Of a DNA stretch of 10,532 nt, positions 7,198 through 10,532 are shown in pieces. The stretch is from positions 1-10,532 of the forward strand of contig DATKTP010000169.1 in the NCBI GenBank assembly GCA_035531115.1, read 5' to 3'. The DNA is from Candidatus Deferrimicrobium sp. GTDB lineage: Archaea; Asgardarchaeota; Lokiarchaeia; Helarchaeales; HEL-GB-A. The notes under the pieces are model-generated. The model ran no database searches, was not told the DNA's origin, and saw only the letters and a program-made list of their open reading frames with translations. Made by a program: the position numbers and the translations under genes. Position 1 is the stretch's first letter, and each line of letters opens with the position of its first letter.

Positions 7198-8403
7198 TAT
7201 TTTTAGGTCTATCGGTTTTTTAGTGAGGCTGCTGAGTCTGGCGCCTATCAAATATTGAATATTTTTTTCCGCGGCAATATCGACCAATCGCTGCGTGATT
7301 ACGCCATCAAAAACTATCGCAGAAACTTTTTCTTTGTAATCTACTAACTTATCGGTTAAATCTCTTACACCTATTGATTCTATTAGGTTATAATTTGAAT
7401 CATATAGATTTGCTTGTAAAGTTTCTCTTAATTGATCGATACTTTCCTCAAGAATGAGAGGCAATTCTACCTTAGGTTCTTGCTCCTTTTTATAATCTGG
7501 AGATCCATCTGATTTTGGTTTCAAGGAAAATCCTTTTGGTTTTTTGTTTTTCTTATTTTTTTGTTTCTTTTTATCCGGCTCTTGTACTGTTTGGTTGACT
7601 GGCGCTTTATTTCTAATCGTCTTAATTATTTCTTTTTTCGTTAAATCCTCTACTTCTTTCCCAGCTGGTGCTCTAATCACATATTTTATATCTGCTACCT
7701 GAAGAATCTCCTTTAAAATTAAGTCACCGCCCCGATCTCCATCCAGGAAGACAGTACATATTTTCTTTTTGGATAATTCAATAATACTCTTTGGAATATT
7801 CGTTCCTTCAACCGCAATTGTATTTTTAATTCCACACCTGAGAAGATTAAGAATGTCCGCACGTCCTTCGACAATTATAATACTCTCTGAATCCTCCACT
7901 TCAGGACCTGCAGGGAGATTTTCAGGACCATATTTTTGGATTTCCCCAGGCTTTATCGATTGCATTACTTCGTTTGTAATTTCTTGACTCTCTGGAATAC
8001 CATCTTCCTCCCAATGTTTTAAGATATTAGCTGCCCGGTTGATAATTTGCCGTCGTTTGACTTCGCGTACATCCTCAATTTGCTCCAGGGCTATACTCGC
8101 AGTGCAAGGTCCAACACGATCCACCGTCTCTAATGCGGACGCTAAAATAGAGGTTTCGACTCGATTAAGACTCGATGGAATAAGAATTATTCCAGTCGAT
8201 TTGCCTGACTCGGATTTGATCTCGACTTGGATGCGCCCAATGCGCCCAGTTTTTTGTAATTCACGAAGATCTAATTCTTCTCCGAGTAAACCCTCTGTTT
8301 GCCCAAATATTGCCCCAACTACGTCGGGCTTCTCAACAATCCCTTCAATATCAATTTTTCCATGAATAATATATTTTGTTGTACTGATTGTAGAATGTGA
8401 CAT
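7171..8403 (-). CDS. dnaG: Archaeal DnaG primase / exosome-associated TOPRIM protein (410 aa)
   Basis: The N-terminus KYIIHGKIDIEGIVEKPDVVGAIFGQTEGLLGEELDLRELQKTGRIGRI is typical of archaeal DnaG. TOPRIM motifs IIIVEGRAD and FLDGDRGGD are present. SD GGTGA lies 7 nt upstream. Confidence 0.92.
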   Translation of the reverse strand: MSHSTISTTKYIIHGKIDIEGIVEKPDVVGAIFGQTEGLLGEELDLRELQKTGRIGRIQVEIKSESGKSTGIILIPSSLNRVETSILASALETVDRVGPCTASIALEQIEDVREVKRRQIINRAANILKHWEEDGIPESQEITNEVMQSIKPGEIQKYGPENLPAGPEVEDSESIIIVEGRADILNLLRCGIKNTIAVEGTNIPKSIIELSKKKICTVFLDGDRGGDLILKEILQVADIKYVIRAPAGKEVEDLTKKEIIKTIRNKAPVNQTVQEPDKKKQKNKKNKKPKGFSLKPKSDGSPDYKKEQEPKVELPLILEESIDQLRETLQANLYDSNYNLIESIGVRDLTDKLVDYKEKVSAIVFDGVITQRLVDIAAEKNIQYLIGARLSSLTKKPIDLKIITFDQIDL

Positions 8404-8773
8404 ATAATCTTCACCTTTTTTTCATTTCCTTCGAAATTTTAACAAGTCAATCAAAAAGAGCTTACCTAATTACTTCTACTATTAACTATTTCGACCTTCT
8501 CGACCTATCTTAACTCTACTTGCTTAACTACCAACTTGAACAAATCCTATTCAACAAGTGTAAGGGCGTGGTGAAATGAGTTAATAAATAATCTTGTGAG
8601 CGTCTTACTGATTGATTTTATGAATTATATGTGAATTATTAATTGGAATTTTTTTTGTGTTATTACTCCCGACTGTCCCTTATTAAGATTACGTCTTTGT
8701 CCTCATGCTCATATCTCGAATTCTTATGTTCAAGCACATTAAAATCCTTAAGAAAGCGATATAAAAAAAGGAA

Positions 8774-8913
8774 TGCAGGGGGTGGGGCTTCCGAACCCCT
8801 GAATTCAGGAGCTTTTCGAACCCACGGAAACAGGTCAAAAACGCTACGTTTTCAATCTCCTGCGAGACTGGATCTTAAGTCCAGCGCCGTTGGCCTGGCT
8901 TGGCTACCCCTGC
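8774..8913 (-). tRNA. tRNA-Leu (anticodon UAA), 140 nt, with two inferred non-canonical introns
   Basis: Minus strand reads GCAGGGG-TA-GCC-AAGCCAGGCCAAC-GGC-G-CTGGA-CTTAAGA-TCCAG...GTGGG...CCCAC-CCCCTGC-A. There are 42 nt between the anticodon stem and T stem (8826-8867), versus about 14-16 expected for a Leu variable arm. There are 34 nt between the T-stem strands (8787-8820), versus a 7-nt loop. This implies introns of about 26 nt and 27 nt. Exact splice sites are ambiguous because GGGTTCGAAAAGC and GGGGTTCGGAAGC are near-duplicates. Confidence 0.8.
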
Positions 8914-8928
8914 TATACTTCTGATCAG

Positions 8929-9061
8929 TGCCGGGGGCGGGCTTCGGTCCCGCGATCTCCGGATTTCACAGGCCGTGCATTTCTCAATCTACCTTATGAG
9001 TCCGGCGCAGTGGTCACCTAATCATCATGGTTACATTATAACCAAGCTATGCTACCCCGGC
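8929..9061 (-). tRNA. tRNA-Met elongator (anticodon CAU), 133 nt, with a D-loop intron and a canonical anticodon-loop intron
   Basis: GCCGGGG-TA-GCAT-AGCTTGGTTA-[28 nt, ~9011-9038]-CTGC-G-CCGGA-CTCATA-[30 nt, 8965-8994]-A-TCCGG-AGATC-GCGGG-ACCGAAG-CCCGC-CCCCGGC-A. The G1-C72 pair indicates an elongator rather than an initiator. The T loop ACCGAAG is atypical. Confidence 0.75.
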
Positions 9062-9178
9062 ATAACTAATCTTCTGTATGAAAATTTTTAATAGCGGGTA
9101 TTATTAAATATTTCTAAGGTAGAAAAAAGTTCCTTTTTACACCGCCCCCCCTACAATGGACCCTCTGTGAAAAACGGT

Positions 9179-9251
9179 GCCTCGGTAGCTCAGTCGGTGG
9201 AGCGATAGACTTGTAATCTATTGGTCGGGGGTTCAATTCCCCCTCGAGGCT
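9179..9251 (+). tRNA. tRNA-Thr (anticodon UGU), 73 nt, intronless
   Basis: GCCTCGG-TA-GCTC-AGTCGGTG-GAGC-G-ATAGA-CTTGTAA-TCTAT-TGGTC-GGGGG-TTCAATT-CCCCC-TCGAGGC-T. This is a complete cloverleaf with one G7-U66 wobble. No CCA is encoded. Confidence 0.95.
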
Positions 9252-9438
9252 TCCTTCTTCTTAAGCACGAAGAACATATAATACATTTACATGCATGAAA
9301 CTCCCTGCTCTGGTCTTCAAATCCTCGTTGTATCTATTGAAACGGTATTTAATACAAAAATTATTCCTTCTATCTCATTAATAAAATTAGAACAAATGTT
9401 GCAATCCTTGTACAAGAATGCCTCATTTTATAGTGAAA

Positions 9439-9543
9439 TGGGCCGGATGGGATTTGAACCCACGACCTCTGGTTCCCAAAACCAGAATCTTCGCCAACTC
9501 AGGCAGAAATACCTGACTCTATACCAAACTAGACCACCGACCC
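9439..9543 (-). tRNA. tRNA-Pro (anticodon UGG), 105 nt, with a ~30-nt intron in the D-arm
   Basis: GGGTCGG-TG-GTCT-AGTTTGGTAT-AGA[~30 nt, ~9488-9517]T-T-CTGGT-TTTGGGA-ACCAG-AGGTC-GTGGG-TTCAAAT-CCCAT-CCGGCCC-A. The intron boundary is ambiguous within a duplicated AGA. The mature length would be 75 nt. Confidence 0.85.
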
Positions 9544-9552
9544 AATGAAAGA

Positions 9553-9723
9553 TGGGGATGAAGGGATTTGAACCCTTGATTATTACTCGAAATACCCTTT
9601 TCCTGGGTATCTCCCTGGGTCTCGCCAGGAATCGCTCCAGAACCTCGTCATCCTTGCGTCAGCAGACCCTAGTTCTAAAATCCTTCTGGAGCCCAGCATC
9701 TTGCCTGGCTTGATTACATCCCC
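9553..9723 (-). tRNA. tRNA-Trp (anticodon CCA), 171 nt, with a 77-nt intron at 37/38 and a ~20-nt intron near the variable-loop/T-stem boundary
   Basis: GGGGATG-TA-ATC-AAGCCAGGCAA-GAT-G-CTGGG-CTCCAG-[77 nt, 9609-9685]-A-CCCAG-GAAAA-[~20 nt, ~9578-9597]-AAGGG-TTCAAAT-CCCTT-CATCCCC-A. The 3' splice site fits BHB geometry: CTCC (positions 32-35) pairs with GGAG, then comes the 3-nt bulge ATA, then the CCCAG stem. The gene ends 9 nt upstream of tRNA-Pro, so the two are probably co-transcribed. Confidence 0.8.
9609..9685 (-). ncRNA. tRNA-Trp intron with box C/D-like guide architecture (internal D'/C' pair good, terminal boxes degenerate)
   Basis: The intron reads AAGGATTTTAG-AACTAGGGTCTG-CTGA-CGCAAGG-ATGACGA-GGTTCTGGAGCG-ATTC-.... 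CTGA (9659-9662) and ATGACGA (9645-9651) are 7 nt apart, like a D'/C' K-loop. Each is flanked by a 12-nt element complementary to the tRNA-Trp anticodon arm. Confidence 0.5.
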
Positions 9724-9996
9724 TTGCGAGAATCATACTGCCATATCTGAAATGAGATCTGACCATACGAGAACCACTTTGCCATACCCAGGAGGGTCGC
9801 TCTCGCCTCTTCTTTCCTCGAAAGAAAGGTAAATCTCAAATGGAGTATATCTTGCTAGAATGGTGGAAGCTCTCTATTAAAAAGATTCTCCCCTCATTTG
9901 TATTTAGATTTTTTTATAAAAATAATTTTCATTGTAAAAATTTATTTAAAAATTTGATTTAAACGGAAGATCGATGAGGGAACATCAATAATTTCA

Positions 9997-10044
9997 GGGA
10001 GAAGCGAAGAGAGAAGGAGAAGAAGAAAGAGAAGCGAGAAGGGA
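9997..10044. repeat. 48-nt polypurine (plus) / polypyrimidine (minus) tract, imperfect mirror repeat
   Basis: gggagaagcgaagagagaaggagaagaagaaagagaagcgagaaggga has 46 of 48 purines and contains gagaagcga twice. On the minus strand it is a C/U-rich run immediately 3' of the 5S trailer helix. Confidence 0.9.
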
Positions 10045-10069
10045 TAGATTTGCTCATGTGGGACTCACT
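10042..10069 (-). other. 5S trailer arm of a bulge-helix-bulge processing stem
   Basis: Minus-strand RNA reads ...CGGC-AG^A-GTGAG-tcccacatgag-CAAATCTATCC. GTGAG (10064-10068) and CAAATCTATCC (10042-10052) pair with the leader arm. AGA (10069-10071) is a 3-nt bulge. Confidence 0.7.
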
Positions 10070-10190
10070 CTGCCGTGTTCGGGATGAGAACGGGTATTAC
10101 CTCTCAGCTATGACCGACCCGAAGATCAGCTTTTTGACCTTCCCGCAGGCTCTCGCACTGCAGTACAAATCAGAACGTGTGAGAGCTTGA
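10070..10190 (-). rRNA. Circularly permuted 5S rRNA gene (121 nt between the predicted BHB cleavage sites)
   Basis: Minus strand reads TCAAGCTCTCAC-ACGTTCTGATT-TGTA-CTGCAG-TGCGAGAGC-CTGCGG-GAA-GGTCAAAAAG-CTGATC-TTCG-GGTCGG-T-CATA-GCTGAGAGG-TAATA-CCCGT-TCTCATCCCGAAC-ACGG-CAG. Every conserved 5S block is present (CATAGC, CCCGAAC loop C, AAGC, GTACTG...GCGAGAG...GGGAA), but the order is 3' part, then helix I hairpin, then 5' part. Confidence 0.8.
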
Positions 10191-10219
10191 TTCGGCGTGA
10201 GCTCAATACAAATCTATCC
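10191..10219 (-). other. 5S leader arm of the bulge-helix-bulge processing stem
   Basis: Minus-strand RNA reads GGATAGATTTG-tattgag-CTCAC-GCCG-AA^T.... GGATAGATTTG (10209-10219) is the perfect complement of 10042-10052. CTCAC (10197-10201) pairs with GTGAG. GCCG (10193-10196) pairs with CGGC (10072-10075). AAT (10190-10192) is the second 3-nt bulge. Confidence 0.7.
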
Positions 10220-10245
10220 AATCTTGCTTGATCGATAGATTGATC

Positions 10246-10252
10246 TATAAAA
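10246..10252 (-). promoter_or_regulatory. Candidate TATA box for the permuted 5S transcription unit
   Basis: The minus strand reads TTTTATA, with about 26 nt between it and the first base of the leader helix (GGATAG...). That spacing fits an archaeal TATA-to-TSS distance. The background is AT-rich, so this is weak. Confidence 0.35.
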
Positions 10253-10532
10253 GTGTACTTATTTTAAAAAAGTTTTGTAATGCTGAAAAAAAAGGTTAGA
10301 TATGGGTTTGAGAAAATGAAGGGGAAAAAGAAAACCAGAATCATTTCCAGAGAGCGAATCCGCAATCCAAATTATTTTGGTAAAAAGAATGAATAATTAA
10401 TGTTTAAATATGATAATTTTAAAATTCTCGTATATTGGTCCGAATGAGATAAAATTGCCAAAATTTTTTAATACCTAGTTAAATTTATTCCTTTAGCCTA
10501 GATAAGGTTTGAAAAAAAATACTCTAGATGAA

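Noticed and set aside
305-8365. Antisense or overlapping track ORFs: 305..559, 675..875, 2152..2388, 2546..2878, 2712..2915, 3647..3841, 5097..5324, 6519..6821, 7769..7987, 8039..8365
   Set aside because: Each lies inside or opposite a well-supported, motif-bearing gene. Each has low-complexity or unrecognisable sequence and no convincing ribosome-binding site. They are typical shadow ORFs.
807-8620. Stand-alone box C/D sRNA candidates: ATGATGA at 807-813, AATGAGT...CTGA around 8574-8612, and CTGA-AATGAGA-CTGA at 9747-9762
   Set aside because: None has the full C - ~12 nt - D' - C' - ~12 nt - D spacing or a terminal stem. The first is simply the start-codon region of the GTPase gene.
8643-9548. 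Track ORFs 8643..8924, 8900..9091 and 9291..9548
   Set aside because: They run across or opposite the tRNA-Leu, tRNA-Met and tRNA-Pro genes. Their GC-rich parts are simply tRNA sequence read as codons.
9601-9793. 10-bp inverted repeat tcctgggtat (9601-9610) / atacccagga (9784-9793), pairing the tRNA-Trp leader with the intron-1 3' splice site. Also loosely repeated ctg(a)ccata motifs at 9737-9790
   Set aside because: Roughly one or two perfect 10-mers within 200 nt are expected by chance in a 10.5-kb window. I could not build a coherent BHB or permuted-tRNA model from it. It may deserve another look only if it is conserved.
10117-10146. Alternative hairpin GAAGGTC-AAAAAGCT-GATCTTC (7 bp) across the 5S 3'-part/5'-part joint
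   Set aside because: It would leave GGGTCGGT unpaired and destroy helix V. The fold using GGTCAAAAAG as the helix V 3' strand and CTGATC-TTCG-GGTCGG as helix I preserves the canonical three-way junction. It is kept only as a possible precursor conformation.
10070-10190. Alternative explanations for the 5S arrangement: two pseudogene fragments, or the middle of a tandem 5S array
   Set aside because: A tandem array would place a 5' part upstream of the 3' part and a 3' part downstream of the 5' part, and neither flank contains 5S sequence. The two parts add up to exactly one 5S length (121 nt). They are joined by a tetraloop-capped helix I. The outer ends sit in complementary BHB bulges that recreate the consensus junction. 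A chance juxtaposition of fragments would not give all four properties.
10316-10396. 26-codon basic ORF MKGKKKTRIISRERIRNPNYFGKKNE upstream of the 5S unit
   Set aside because: It is too short to support from sequence alone. It has only a weak GAG upstream and does not match any small ribosomal protein I can recall (eL41, eL39 and eL40 all differ).
1-10532. CRISPR arrays, IS elements, integrases and terminal inverted repeats
   Set aside because: No regularly spaced direct repeats, transposase- or integrase-like ORFs, or flanking inverted repeats were found. The only exact tandem repeat is the 23-bp duplication at 7152-7197.

Overview
AT-rich archaeal chromosomal window. The gene content suggests an Asgard/Lokiarchaeia-like lineage: a Ras/Rab-type small GTPase, archaeal DnaG, uS2 with a long charged tail, Shine-Dalgarno-led genes and heavily intron-interrupted tRNAs. 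That taxonomic call is inference only. The left 8.4 kb holds ten coding regions. They are a truncated 4Fe-4S protein, a small GTPase, an ArsR regulator, a Tes/GDGT-MAS-like radical SAM enzyme, two small hypotheticals, an acyl-CoA dehydrogenase, uS2 and DnaG. The right 2.1 kb is an RNA-gene island that the ORF track does not explain. It has five tRNA genes: Leu-UAA, Met-CAU, Thr-UGU, Pro-UGG and Trp-CCA. Four of them carry one or two introns, several at non-canonical positions. The main finding is a 5S rRNA gene on the minus strand that appears circularly permuted. Its 3' two-thirds comes before its 5' third, and the normal helix I termini are closed by a UUCG tetraloop. The unit is bracketed by a leader/trailer bulge-helix-bulge motif, and cleavage plus ligation there would give a 121-nt circular 5S RNA with a consensus-like junction. 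The tRNA-Trp intron also has box C/D-like guide architecture aimed at positions 34 and 39. No CRISPR array or clear mobile element was seen.
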